From Eledone cirrhosa (taxonomy: Eukaryota): a DNA stretch of 64,000 bases. The number at the start of each line of letters is the position of its first letter. The stretch's first letter is position 1. The notes below the pieces were generated by a model. The model saw only the letters and a list, made by a program, of their open reading frames with translations. It did no database searches and was not told the origin of the DNA. Of this stretch, positions 13,490 to 27,188 are shown piece by piece. The stretch spans positions 205,592,001-205,656,000 of the forward strand of contig OZ024742.1 of the NCBI GenBank assembly GCA_964016885.1, written 5' to 3'. Position numbers and translations under genes: made by a program.

Positions 13490-14458
13490 AATGAGGATGG
13501 GGTTAAAGAATAATAAAAGGAATTAGAGAAAATATTCAAACTTTTATTCAGTGAACTAAGAGTTGCTTGAGGTTTTTTTATAATTTATTTATTGTTTAGA
13601 TTGCAAAAATAACTGAATAACAACAGCAAAAAGGCAACCCAATGGTATGTAAGGATTGCCAGTAGAATGTGGAAATAAGTCAGACACGATAGTATAAAAA
13701 TGAACAAATAGATAAATAAATCAAACTTACTAAATAAGCTAAGTTAACTTTAATGGGGGTTCACTATAAGGTTGTTTTTCTTTTTCATACTTAGTAGCTG
13801 AGAACATCTGAAATCTTTAAGTGCAAAAGTGCAAAAATAACTCACACATGCACACGTTTACACAACTTTCTACTTCCTTTTTCTTTTTGTAAAGAAAAAA
13901 TACATAACCAGTTAACTTGATTAAAAATAAACAACTTGTTCAGGATCAAAAGACCAATGGATTAAATGCTTTGAATAAATGATAGATTTTTCATCAGGTA
14001 CAAAAAGAATTCTTCTGTGGCTTTTAATAGTTTATCATTACTGGCTTAGCTATAATTTATTTATGGACTGCTATCTAATATACATTTGAAGTCCACTTGC
14101 TAATAAATAGAATTATGCTATTGAACAGTTACATTAGTTTTTAAAATAATAAAACTGGCTACTTTTGTTAGATTAACGATTTTGAATTATATTAAGTTAA
14201 TATTATGTTACATTTCTATCAGTGCTGAGGTATAAAACAAGGAATAAATATAAAGTTAAGAATCTTCAAGAATAAGGATGGAATTGGCACAAATATTATC
14301 TAATTTAGTGCTTTGCCTTTCTAAATTTAAATTCTGTTATGGATCACTTGATTTCTTTCCTATTAGACCCAATTAGAATTTGCTTCTTTTTATTAAATAC
14401 AAAAAACAAATACTTGCCTTAAGAGGTAAAAATGAGAAGAACAAGGTTTATTTTTTTG

Positions 14459-14504
<46 letters not shown>

Positions 14505-17500
14505 ATTCTTAAGTGAAGTTAGAAGGTTGGAGGAACTTCAATACTAGCAAATGAAGGTTCACAGGGTGCAGAAAAGTGGGATGGCTGGTTGATGTCAGTG
14601 AAATTAATATTAATATATGAATGCATTGGCAAGACAGAGTCCCAATGCAATGAATTCTCTAAGAATGTTAAAGCATACCACCTTGGAAAAGAAGCCATTT
14701 ATATTTTAGCAGCGCATTATCATTAGACATTGGACAAGTTAAAGAATAAATCATACTTCTGTCTTACGATTTACAGTAGTATTTACCACATTACTATCAC
14801 AAACATACACACACACTTGTGCTGGCACATATGGAGAAAGCGAGAGAGAAGATTGAATAGAAATGAAACAGATGCAAAGCTTAATGGGAGTTTTCAAATA
14901 GAAATGGAGATTAGCAAGAAGAGATAGAGTTGCAAACTTCCTGATAACATCAGAAAAAGTGATTAATCATTTCCAGAAGCAGCTTTGGAAAAATCTCATA
15001 GTATTAGGTTTTCCTAAAATGAGGGAGAGGAATGCATATTATATTGGTCAATATTAGAATGTGTATATGGAAGAACCAAAGATAGGGATGGATGGGGAAA
15101 AGCAAGTCTACAGATGAACCCAAATGTTGATAGTAGTTAGTGTTAGTCAAATTTGTTTTTTTATTTTATTTTCCTTATATTTATTTATATATTGCTTTCC
15201 TGGCTCTGAATTTTAAGTCCACGGGATTTATTTACTTAGTCCTTTCGTGGCTCTAATAAAATACACTATTTCAATCAATTAATTAATGAAGAATTTTGAG
15301 GGATTTATTAAAATAATTATTTCATTTCTAAGACAGTAACTTAACATATGGTTCTTATGTAAAATTATGTTGGAAGGCTTTAATTTAGATAGAAACATTT
15401 TAAAATGGGTGGTTTTCTTCCATAAAACCACAGATAGTTTTGGCTGGGTTGGTATCAAAAGAGTTAACTTATTGAAAGAAAAAATGTTGGAGTACATTAT
15501 TTTTTTTTAATTTCAAAGAAAGATTTAAGTTTAATTATAGATAGATATATTTCTTTAGTTATTCATTATGGTTACAGTTTTCACATACAATTTGAAATTT
15601 TTAACGACCATCAGTTAATTTTAATGGAGAAAATATTTAACATTAATATCTATTTAAAATATTCCTATCCCTTCACTTTAGGTGTCCAAGTTTCATTCTC
15701 AGCAAAGGAACTTGGATTTTTAGAGGTACAGTAGTTGTTAGATTAAGTTGATGGACTATTTTTAGTTAAAAAGTAATGAGTTTAGATCATACCAATGACA
15801 TTATATCGTGCTCCTGAAAAAAGTACAAAACTACTTGTTCTAGTAATTCTGACTCAACACAAACAGACTCCATTCCTACTTCAATGTTGAGTGGTTAGCA
15901 AAAGGAGAGACATTTATCTGTAAAAACAATCACTGCATGCAAGCACATAAAAATGCAAAACCCAAACTAGTATCAATATGCCAGGATTTGGCTAAATTAG
16001 TTAACCACTCTCCTCCCCTATAAATTCTTTTTTGTGTGTATAGGTAAAAACAAAATTATAAGAACATAAGTAATGGCTGGATAATTAGAATAGTTTTGAA
16101 TTCCAAACCCAAGATATAAATAGGGATTATTTCTAGTGAAACAATAGGAAAACGAGTATCATTCAACAAAACAATTTAAGGTAGGGAAAAAAGACAGTAT
16201 TATCATGGAGGTTTTATTTAGGTCAAGGTGAAGAAAGTCTCCTTCTGCTACCAAATCTTTAGAGTAGATGATTTTCTAAGATGCTAAATAACAGGAAAGA
16301 GTTGTCCTTATTAGAATCATGTTATTTATTTACACTATTAATGTGCACTAAAGTACTAAGTTCTCAATAAGCTGAGTTAGTGATTTAGTTAAATTCCTGG
16401 TTGAAGACAAAAGATTATTATACTCCCAATAAATTTGTGGTATATGGTTATATACAAAATTATTGCATTGAGTTTGTGAGAGAAAATGTACATAAATTAC
16501 AGTAACTTAAGTTTAATTAAAATGCTTATATGTATTATTTATATATTATTTAAAATGCTGTCACAGTATTTTTTTGGTACATTTTTCTATTTTTGTCAAC
16601 CCTCATTATTAATGTTTGTGGGAAATTATCCTTCCAATAATACAGATTTTTAAAATTGTTAGATTAAAATTGAGAATTTTTTTGAAATTTCATTACATTA
16701 AAAAGTGTTTAATTTCAACTGTTTAAATTTTTAATTTTATCTAGCTTTTCATTTAAAATGAAATTAGTGTATATTGGTTAAATTTTACCTTTCCTCTTTC
16801 ATCATGCAACATTTGTAAAAGCTAATATTTACTCTAATAACTCACACTCAAGCCTGCACTTCATAACACATACTAACTGAACATTTCTGTTTTAGAGGAA
16901 ACAGAGACTTAAGGGGTCGTTAAATACATTCACCATAAAAAAGGCATATGGATGAGTGTTATACAACCTTCTGGCCACTTAGTCTACAATACAGGAAACA
17001 AATGTATCCAGTAATGAAACAAAAGTAAAGCATCACTTCTGATTTGACATACTATATTCAAATCCACTCACATCACACTCAAGTCTTTTCAAGGTTATGA
17101 AAAAAAACAACAGAACGTTTTCTATTTTCTTCCTCATGAAAACATTTTCCAGTTAGGCTATTTTCTTAGATGTTACACCTAGTAAGAAAATAGTCTCATA
17201 CTGACTAGTAACAAAACGTTCAGCAGATTATTTATTACTTAACTACATTAAAATGTACTCACTAATAGTAGTTTTTTTTTCATACTAGGAAAATATAGCT
17301 CTTTCGTCCCCTTTGAAAGATTATTTCCAGCCTTCTTGTATACCTTTTAGTTTCAGTTTCTACTGTTTGTGAATACATTTTTTTTTCAAATAAAAAGCTT
17401 ACAAAATTAATGTAAGCTTTTAGATGCTCAATACATTTGATTGATATTTGATATTTGAGGAGCTATTTCACTTTTCATGAACAAATCTTTTCAATCACAA

Positions 17501-19618
17501 TATTTATCCTTGAACAATACCTTCTACATTAAAAAGACATATTACATCTAGATTGAACTCATTTTCTCATTTTGCTTATTTTTATTCCCATAAAAATAGC
17601 ATGTCCCTTGATATGCTATAGCTTTGCTCATCATGAAACAAATATTGATGTAAAAATGGTCAATGAACTTAGATGTTCACAGCATACAATTTCTCTTGTA
17701 TTAATTTTTATATTTAAGATAGTTTTTCCACAACTTTAGTTATCAAGACAAAATATAAAATAAAATGAATAATTGTATACTTTATTTCCATGGAACAAAT
17801 GAAGTTGAAAACAAAGATATTTTATTTATTTTCATCCATAAAACAATCACACAAACACCCAAGTATACAAGGGAAGAGCAATTCTTAATTCTTTGACCAG
17901 ATGCAACATACTACTGACATATGTATTTCCTTTGGTGGTTTAGGGTGGAGAACTAGTTCTTCATATCAAACACTCAACAGGGTCTAGTAGCTTTTCTTGT
18001 ATTGCAAAACTGACATTAAAGTTAACGGAACAGAAAAGAAATTTGTATCTGATCTACATACATGAAATGTCAGAGTAAGGTACTTTATATTCCTTCTGTT
18101 TTGCTGACAGCAAGCAACTAAAACAACCTGTACACGAAAGTAGCCCTTTCTTTAGATTAGAAAGATATGTGCACAAAAGACATGAAATCCAAGATTTTCA
18201 GTAAAGATTGGGATAGGCTGAAATAATATAGCACTAAGATAATAAAAGTTTATTTATTTATATATTTTATGCTTTTAACAGGTGGGTCTTCAAACAATAA
18301 GGTAGAACCTGATTAAAATTTATAAACATCCATCTTGTGAGGATAAATTGTTATAAGAGTTTCAATTAGAAAATGAAACTTTTAAATAAGTATATAAACT
18401 TCCCCATTTAAAATTTTTGATAATCTCTCTATTTCTAACAAAGAATACTTCAATTATTGTTAAATAAAACATAGGTTATTGACAATTATATAAACCTTTG
18501 ACAGAGAAATATTTGAATATTATAAGTAACAAATGTATTATCACTATAAAAACAAAAGACACTGGCAAAAATTGTACCTTCAGAATAAAAATTGTTAAAA
18601 GGTAAACTAAGAACACAATAACAAACAATTACAGAAATAAGGTTTGGTATTATTTCTTTAGTATTTTACTTATTACCTACATACCTCAAAAGCCAGATGT
18701 TTTCCATTCATAAAACCCTTTAGTATATCCACTTTTCTTTTCAGAAACATTCCTAATCAGTAAGAAAGTGTAGGTAATTTTGTAAATATATTAACATTTA
18801 ACATATTTACTATACAAGTAAGAAAATCTACCTTTCTCTTTTTATATGGATAATTGCTTTCACATTTTAACATTACATTTTTAATAAATGAATATTAATA
18901 CCACAAACTGGAAGAAAATATATAAATAAACTAGTCTTTTCCTTAAAAAAAAAATAGCTTTTCTGATTTTGATGGAAGTGGGTGGTGTAAAGTTATATTC
19001 AATGGAATCATCTTAATATAAATTCTAGTACATATGTTAACCTACTTCAGAGAGATGAAAGGCAAAGCCTATCCCGACAGTATTTGAACACTGACCGCAT
19101 AGTGCTTAAATTAATGCTTTGATGCTCTACTGTCCTAGTTTTCTATAGTTGTAACATCCATAAAATTCCCTCAACTTTTTTTTTTTTACTCCAGAGTGTA
19201 GAGATAGGGATGGTATATAGTAAGATGATGACAAAAAGGAAAAAAATAAATCATATAATGCAATGATTGTATTTTTCCCATTTATTCATTCAGAGAATAA
19301 AAAACTGATATATTAATTTTTTTAAGAGAAACAAGGGTTAAGAGTTTGGGAAGGGGTAAATGGCAAGTTGTGAAGAGAAATCATTCAAACAAAGAATAAA
19401 AGCTTATCTGTGGACTCAGATCACAGAACTATAAAAATAAAAGAACATATGCCAGTAATAATTATTAAAATAAAAGCAAGAAGACCAGAAAAAAGATAAA
19501 AATTGTAGAATAAAATGAATTCAAATCTTAACTATAATAAAGTAAGGAGTGCGGGACTGCGTCCAGGATATGTTTTTTTATCCCGTTTGTAAAATAAGTT
19601 GGATTATGAATAAATAAT

Positions 19619-19802
19619 TGTTTCTACTTTAGGCACAAGGCCAGCAATTACCCAGTGCATTACTGGTACTTTATTTTATCGACCCCGTAAGGATGAAAGG
19701 CAAAGTCAACCTCGGCGGGATTTGAACTCAGATCGTAAAGGGACGTAACTATGCTGGAAAGCATGGCGTCCGACCCTCTACCGATACTGCCAACCCACCA
19801 CC
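19619..19802 (-). mobile_element. Full-length tRNA-derived SINE with 20-bp TSD
   Basis: A box TGGCAGTATCGG and B box GTTCAAATCC on the minus strand; TTGGATTATGAATAAATAAT duplicated at 19599-19618 and 19803-19822. Confidence 0.9.
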
Positions 19803-19949
19803 TTGGATTATGAATAAATAATGAATGGATATTACATAATTTATGTACTAAATATCGTAATTCTTGATTAAATAATTTTATTGCTTATTTAAAGATTCAC
19901 TTCTTTTAAAAGATTCAAATTTCAATACATCCAGTATATCAATGATATA

Positions 19950-21095
19950 CATATAGTGTACTTAGCAGAAAAGAAAGCAGAGGATAGAAAGTTCAAGCAA
20001 GTTCTACAACGTGAGGACCAAAAGCGTGAGGTGTGCAGGATTGCTAGACAATGTGTCAAGGAAAGCCGTGATATTGTCGGGGAGAAGTGTGTCCATAATG
20101 ATAATGGTGTACTTGCCCTCACTGATACTGATAAAAAGGTAGCTTGGAAGTGTCACTGCATGAGACTACTAAATGAGGAGAATAAATGGGAAAAAGATAG
20201 TCGGCCCCAAATCAATCCAATAGAAGGACCAGCAGTGCAAGTTAAAGGTAGTATAATAAATAAGGCAATCAAAGATATGAAGACAGGCGAGGCAGCTGGG
20301 CCTTCGGAGATAGTTGCTAAGATGTTGAAAGCATCTGGAATGGTGGGACATACTATGGTCACCCAGATAGTAAACCAAGTAATACAGAATAGGGTCATAC
20401 CAAAAGACTGGCGTAGCAACAGCATCATTAACTGCTACAAGGGTAAAGGGGATGCTCTAGATAAAATAAACTATAGAGGCATTAAGTTAGTTGACCAGGT
20501 CATGAAGGTCACAGAAAGAGTTCTGGCAGAACTAATCTGAGAGCGAATTGATCTAGATGAAATGCAGTTTGGGTTTGTGTCAGGAAAAAGTACCACAGGC
20601 GCTCTTTTCCTTGTACGACAACTACAGGAGAAGTACCTAACTAAAAGTAAACCCCTCTACTTAGCTTTTGTAGACCAGGAGAAAGCCTTTGACAGAGTCC
20701 CCCACTCCATTATCTGGTGGGCTCTTAGAAAACTAGGTGTAGATGAATGGCTTGTGGGAGCTATACAAGCCATGTATAAAGAAATAGTCAGTAACATTAG
20801 AATTAACAATGAATATAGTGAAGAATTTAGTGTAAAAGTTGGTGTTCATCAAGGCTCTGTCCTTAGCCCCCTCCTATTAATTATTGCCCTTCAGGCTATA
20901 ACAGAGGAGTTTAAGACCGGCTGCCCATGGGAACTTCTATACGCAGATAATCTAACTCTCATAGCTGAATCTATGGCTGAATTAGAGAAGAAATTCTAAA
21001 CATGGAAGCATGGCCTAGAATCAAAAGGCCTTAAAGTTAACTTGTCTAAGACTAAAGTTCTAGTATGTAGAAAGGAAAATAGGGCACAGGTGCCT
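19950..21095 (+). pseudogene. Truncated RTE LINE RT fragment
   Basis: ORFs 19956-20540 and 20562-20999 closely match the intact RTE (NYRGIKL, QFGF, QGSVLSP); in-frame stops and YADD changed to YADN. Confidence 0.92.
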
Positions 21096-21480
21096 GGTTT
21101 TTTGTGCTGAAAACAAAACCCACTCCTCCTACTGCAGCATTGGTCATGTTCTTCACTGCCGATGTGGTGATGAGCTGGCTCATCTTCCCAATCATCACAT
21201 TCCTCACTGGCTCATCGTGTAGAATCCTGTGCTCTTGGACTCGAAGTATCTCTATACCACTCTCCTTGAACAGATGACCCAACTCCTCTCTCTTCTCCAG
21301 CGTCCGAATAGTCCTCACATTCAAAGTGCCCATTTTGATGGCTCTTCTGCAGGACAAAACTGCATTGTTTATATTTGTCTCAGAGACAGCCGATCCATGG
21401 CCCTCCCTGTGGGTCTAAGCCAGCAGAGTCATAACGACCAGACTGCTCCTTGACAGTGTAGTTAGGGGCTCTAACCCTAG
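21096..21480 (-). pseudogene. 5' end (UTR plus APE N-terminus) of a second LINE family
   Basis: MGTLNVRT...VQEHR...GGVGF are apurinic-endonuclease N-terminal motifs. Confidence 0.8.
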
Positions 21481-21689
21481 TGCTGTTAGATAGACTCTCC
21501 ACATTTTTTTTCAATGGCTGACAATACCTTACAAGCGCCACTCAAATAAGGTAATTATTTAACCCATAAATGGGGCCCTAATAGGTACAACTACTCCGGG
21601 CCAGAGCCGACCTGGGAGTTATGACGACTAAGGGGTAACTCCACATTCTCCACAGCTCCTGAACTCCTGAACTGGAGCCTTGCCACTGC

Positions 21690-22640
21690 ACTGGTTTTCA
21701 TTGACTTTAGGAAGGCCTTTGATTCTGTGGACTGTCTGTCTGATGAAGATCTTACAGGCTTATGGAATCCCCAAGAAGATAGTGGAGCTGATATCGCTGC
21801 TCTACACCAACACCAAAGCCCAAGTCATTACACCTGATGGGATGACAGAGTTCTTTGAGATACTGGCTGGAGTGCTCCAGGGAGATACATTGGCTCACTA
21901 CCTTTTTATCATCGTAGTGGACTATTGTATGCGCTTTGCACTGGAGAAACACCAGGACTCTGGCTTTATTGTAACACCAGCTCAGAGCAGGAGAGTTAAG
22001 GCGAAAAAGATATCGGATGCTGAATTTGCTGATGACATAGTTTTGGCGACAAATAGAGGGAAGGAGGCACAGGATTTGATGCAGGAAGTTGAGACTGTGT
22101 CGATGAGTGTAGGGCTGAGAATGAATGAGACTAAGACAAAATGTCTGGTAGAGAATGTTGAGAAGTCAGAGGGGATTACTAATGTAGGCGGGAAGCCGCT
22201 GGAATTAGTTGTGGACTTCCTGTATTTGGGAGCAAAGATTGGGAATACGGAGGATGATGTGGTTGAGAGGAAGAGAAAAGCCTGGGCGGCGTGCCACAGT
22301 TTCAGATCGGTGTGGAAGTCGGACCTTCATGAAGACCTGAAGATCCGCCTCTTCATTGCTGTAGTGGAGTCTGTGCTGCTGTACGGGTCTGAGACTTGGA
22401 CACTGACCAAGAAACTCACTCAGATGGTGGATGGGTGCTACACGAGAATGCTGAGGATGGCTCTGAACATTAATCAGTATACACTGAGGATGAAAAACTC
22501 AGAGCAGTATGGGAGCCTCCCAAAAGTCAGCTCAAAAGTGACACAGAGGAGACTGAGGTTAGCTGGACATGCTCAGTGACATCCAGAGTTGACATTGCAG
22601 TGTGCTCCTGTGGGAGCCCCTGCATGGACACACTGGAAGG
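21690..22640 (+). pseudogene. RT fragment of a second (RTE-related) LINE family
   Basis: GVLQGDTLA, FADD, FLYLG, LLYGSETW, RRLRLAGH; frameshifted at the start (FIDFRKAFDSV). Confidence 0.9.
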
Positions 22641-22663
22641 TATTTCTTCGATACATATATATA

Positions 22664-23004
22664 TGGGAGGCACATGGCTTCGTGGTTAGAGCATTGGCCT
22701 TGCAATCGAAAGGTTGTGAGTTCAATTCTCAGACCGGGTGATGTGTTGTTTCCTTGAGCAAGACACTTTATTTCACATTGCTCCAGTTTACTCAGCTGTA
22801 GAAATGAGATGATAGGGACTGGGGTCCATATCATTCCCCTGCAAAGTGGTCGTGGAGGTACCACGGCAAAAAAGCACCCAACACTCACTGTAAATGAGGT
22901 TGGTGTTAGGAAGGGCATCCAGCTGTAGAAATCAAGCCAGAATCAGTTCCCGTCTCACCCTTGCAAGCAGGGAAAAAGCAGACGTAAAATGAAATGATGA
23001 TGAT
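22664..23004 (+). mobile_element. tRNA-derived SINE with RTE-type tail
   Basis: A box TGGCTTCGTGG, B box GTTCAATTC, body TCCTTGAGCAAGACACTT, and a 3' end matching the RTE at 52265-52319 with (TGA)n. Confidence 0.85.
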
Positions 23005-23010
23005 ATATAT

Positions 23011-23217
23011 ATGGTTATACTTGGGGAGGGTCATATTGTAATATTGCCAAAATTAATAACAGAACACACTCACTACTTGGTTGGTTTTCGCTTCTGTATC
23101 TTTTATATCAGTTAATTTATTTGGTCCTCAATGTTTACCATTGACTGACCAACGATCCAAAATACAGATATAATATAGATACAAACACATATATATAGTC
23201 TAACAGTTAGACTATAT
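23011..23217 (-). mobile_element. Tail-less Penelope-like arm ending in a micro-hairpin
   Basis: Homologous to 41238-41450; terminal hairpin ATATAGTCTAAC-A-GTTAGACTATAT at 23193-23217; flanked by (AT)n. Confidence 0.8.
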
Positions 23218-23232
23218 GTGTATGTATATATG

Positions 23233-23270
<38 letters not shown>

Positions 23271-23676
23271 CTGTGCTTGTAAATAACATTTTTTTTTCCA
23301 CATTGACTTTTTACGTTCCACCATTATGCACGTTTTTTTTTCCTTTTTCTTTTTTCTCTTCACTTCTTAAACCTTGTTTGTAAATAACATTATTCTGTCT
23401 GCACCTTCTGTTTAACATGTGTGACACCACACTAATACATTTCACTATCATTTGATAATGCATATAAATGCAGAAACCAGTAATAGACAATAATTAAATA
23501 TATAAATAGATAAATAAATGCCATTGTTAAATAATAAATAAATCAACTAATACCTTAACACTTCACACAAAGTAAAACATTTCGTTTTAATCATTTTCTA
23601 ACCCAGAAAAAAGAGAGAGAAACAAAAAAGGAAAAAAAAAAAAATTTTTCTTCCTCATAATCGTCTCTTTCCCCGT

Positions 23677-23731
<55 letters not shown>

Positions 23732-23749
23732 TGTATATATATATATGTA

Positions 23750-25020
23750 TATAATATAAAATCAAAAGATGGTTAAAAGAGTTCCTTGTATTTTATTATG
23801 CGCATTTCAAAAATAAATATCTTCATGGGATGATATTTGCATTCTCATCAGATAAAATAGGGAGACATGATATGAAGCTTAAAAAACACTTGCGAGCAGT
23901 GAAGTGTTAAATCAACATATGAAAAATAAAAGATGGATATATGAGATTGGAAAAAAAAAAGGAAAGGAAGGGGGGAAGGAAAAGGTAAGGAAGAGGAAGA
24001 AAGAATATAATAAGAAAAAAATATATAATAATAAGGAAAGGATGACGGAGGAGTATAAGAAGGAAGGATGAGAGAGGAGGAGAAAATGAGTGAAAGAGAG
24101 AAAGAGATAACCTTTAATACTGAGAAACACTGTCTCAGAGAGAGAGATTTAAAAAACCGTTGTAAGATGATACATAATTTTTAAAAAATTTAGAAATTAA
24201 AAGTTAATGAGGTTTATGAATGGTGATGCTTATGATTAAGGAAAAAGGAATTAAGAATACTATGTATGTAAGGTTTATATATGTGCAAAAAGGAATTTAT
24301 TAAAATGTATTATTAAAAAAAAAAATATTAAGGAGATAAGGTGAATGAAGAAAAGGTTAAATGAATTATGAACTTAGAGGAATTAGAAACAAACTTGGAC
24401 CCTAACTATGTATTGTAATAGGAAAAAGTAAATAATAGGTTTAATACGAGCACGGAAGGAGAGAAGAAAGAAGAAAATTCAAGGTAGAAAAAATATATAA
24501 CATCAAAAAAAAAATATGTTTACAAAATTTATTAATGGTAATATTAGTATATATTAACAATAAAAATTTGTATGGCCGCGAATATAAGGAAAATGCTATA
24601 GTGAGGTATATGAATTCAGAAGTAATTGAGAAGTAAAAGTTGCAGATTAAAGATTAGAAATTAAAAAAGAAAAAGAAGGATAAAAAGGAAGAAAAATAGG
24701 GGACCGCTAATGACATAGTATGAGTAAATTGTATTATATACTAAAATAAGGTAAAAAGATGGGTATATTTGTAAAAGATATAAAAGCGTTTGAGAAAAGA
24801 AGATTTTAAACGAATTAGGTAGTAAGATATTAGCTGTATACTTTATGGAAAGTTAATGGGATTTATGCAAGCAGAGCAAAAATAAATCCGTACTTCTATT
24901 TATTATAGAATTAAAATTAGAGATAACGGTAAATTTCTTCGCTACGCAGAGATTACATGTTCTGGATAGGGAAGAATACAGATAAGGAGAGGCATTGCAA
25001 ACCTTCCTCCAAAAAGTAAT
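23750..25020 (-). mobile_element. Decayed Penelope-like element 3' part (CxLCxxEK-type C-terminus)
   Basis: ORF 24853-25059 contains RTCNLCVAKK...IINRSTDL...CLHK, followed by a long pyrimidine-rich 3' region and a hammerhead on the same strand. Confidence 0.6.
23789..23859 (-). ncRNA. Type I hammerhead ribozyme
   Basis: Minus strand: TATTTTAT CTGATGA GAATGC AAATATC..GATATTT ATTTTT GAAA TGCGCA TA ATAAAATA. 8-bp stem I and palindromic stem III. Confidence 0.8.
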
Positions 25021-25081
25021 TATATATATACATATAATATATATACATATAATATACATATATTATACATATACATATATT

Positions 25082-26038
25082 ACTAGACATGAAAAATGCG
25101 CAAGCTCAAAAGTGCCACAGAATGTTATAATAAACCTTCAAAAGTGTGGGACTAGAGTTGTTGCTAAAAAATATTGTAATCATTATATATCGTACATTCT
25201 GTGGCATCCTTTATAAAAATAGCTTAAACCAACGAAGCCTTTATTTTTACGCTATTTCACTTAGTTAATTCTTAGAGTGTAACATATAAAAATATGATTT
25301 ACAACTATAAAATAAATTAATTAATATAATAACAGAGCTGTGGAGCTGAAATTTAGGAAATAATGGAGTATCGGATCCTGAGTTGGAGCCAGTCAATTTT
25401 TGGCCGACTCCGCAGCCCTGTATAATACATTTCATATTAAAGTTATTAATAAACCTATTTTACACTTCATGCAAATTACCACGAGATATTGATATTAGAT
25501 ATAAGATACAGCGCAATATCTACAGCTGTAAAAGTACGAAAGCGAAGTAATAATAAGTGGCTTAAGGTAATTCCAATATGAAAGTTTGTAGTGATAAAAA
25601 TTTGATAATGCAATACGATTGTTAATATTATAGTTCTATGAAAATGTAACAATAGATAACTAAATTATTTTACTATTAGTATATTTAAGAAATTATCATT
25701 ATAGATTTGATCGTTCATATAAGCATCATATTAAGTTTCAACACAATTATTTTGTTACTATGAGTATATGATAATAATATTACGTAATTATTTATAGCTG
25801 TTATTACATTAAACATAGATGTATTTATTTTTATATGTTACACTCTAAGAATTAACTAAGTGAAATAGCGTAAAAATAAAGGCTTCGTTGGTTTAAGCTA
25901 TTTTTATAAAGGATGCCACAGAATGTACGATATATAATGATTACAATATTTTTTAGCAACAACTCTAGTCCCACACTTTTGAAGGTTTATTATAACATTC
26001 TGTGGCACTTTTGAGCTTGCGCATTTTTCATGTCTAGT
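25082..26038. mobile_element. Foldback element with 213-bp inverted arms
   Basis: 25082-25294 is the reverse complement of 25826-26038; termini ACTAG...CTAGT; no clear TSD. Confidence 0.85.
25333..25420. mobile_element. 88-bp hAT-type MITE nested in the foldback spacer
   Basis: Ends CAGAGCTGTGGAG / CTCCGCAGCCCTG; 8-bp TSD TATAATAA / TATAATAC. Confidence 0.65.
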
Positions 26039-26589
26039 TTAATATTTTTTTAAGGCAACGCTTGTAATAACTCTAGTTAAACAGGATATATATTAATAAT
26101 AAATTATCGTTGTAATGTAATTAGATTATGTAATTGTTATTATAAATTATCTTATAAATATTAGTGTAAGATGTATAAAAATATTTTCAGACTTTTAATA
26201 TAAACAACTACAAAAAACAATCAATATTAAATCAATATATTATACATAATAGAAAACATAAAATATACAATACAAAAACAAAATATTTACATACAATTGC
26301 AATTATCAGTGTATATACATTTTCTTTATATTCCCTGAGCAAATTAATAAGATTTGTTTTTATTGTACATAATTTGATGACTTGTTGGAGTGTATTAAAA
26401 GATAGCAACAATTTGTGATTAAATTGTTATCTTAAGCAACTCACTTTTTAATAGTTGTTGGCTGAGCGAAATTGTAAAAGCCTATGAGCAAATATAAAAA
26501 AAAATACACAAACAACATTTCCTTGTGTTATTACAACATTAGATAAAATAATTGAGCAATGTCGTTATATTTTGCTCTTATTGCACATT

Positions 26590-26765
26590 AATAGTGTTTC
26601 TATTTTTCGGCACAAATCCATTACGGCAGTCCATTACTGGTACTTTATTTTATCGAATTAGTAAGTATGAAAGTCGAAGTTAACCTCGGCAGGATTTGAA
26701 CTTAGAATGCAAAGGACCATAACAATACTGCAAAGCATGGTGTCTGACGCTCTACCAATACTTGT
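26590..26765 (-). mobile_element. Diverged SINE copy (19619 family)
   Basis: CATTACTGGTACTTTATTTTATCGA...CCTCGGCAGGATTTGAACT. Smaller fragments occur near 11245, 19045 and 27573. Confidence 0.75.
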
Positions 26766-27155
26766 GTTGAGCTGGTCATTAATTTATGGTGGTCGTGCGT
26801 GGAGTAGAGCAATCGCTAGTTGAAATATTATGAACAAAACATTTTTATTTGCCGAAGAACATATTTTCAATACTGTTTGTGAATGTGACGAAGGAAATAC
26901 ATTCTGATATGGAACAGTGTACAAAGTGTGTCTGTGAATAACATAATGTTACCTCATGTTGTTGTCAAGACATAATGGATTTCGTATATCCAGTTAGAAG
27001 ATGAAACCTAGCCATCTCGGATTAGTTATATTTCATGCCATGTGTAAACGTGTTTGAGGATAGCAAAATATGCGCGTTAATTATAATAATTAGTTAATAA
27101 TATTACAAAATATACCTAATTAAACTCTTTGCTTGAAATTTTATCATTCTTCGTT

Positions 27156-27188
<33 letters not shown>

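Noticed and set aside
10150-19560. Short ORFs in the long AT-rich stretch
   Set aside because: They are low-complexity with no domain motifs; the region looks like ordinary intronic or intergenic DNA with small microsatellites and SINE scraps.
22664-22735. tRNA gene
   Set aside because: A and B boxes are present, but it continues into a SINE body and tail and no full cloverleaf is evident.
23445-23486. Plus-strand hammerhead relic (TTTGATAA TGCA..TGCA GAAACCAGTA)
   Set aside because: Two core changes and an out-of-register stem I make it too decayed to call.
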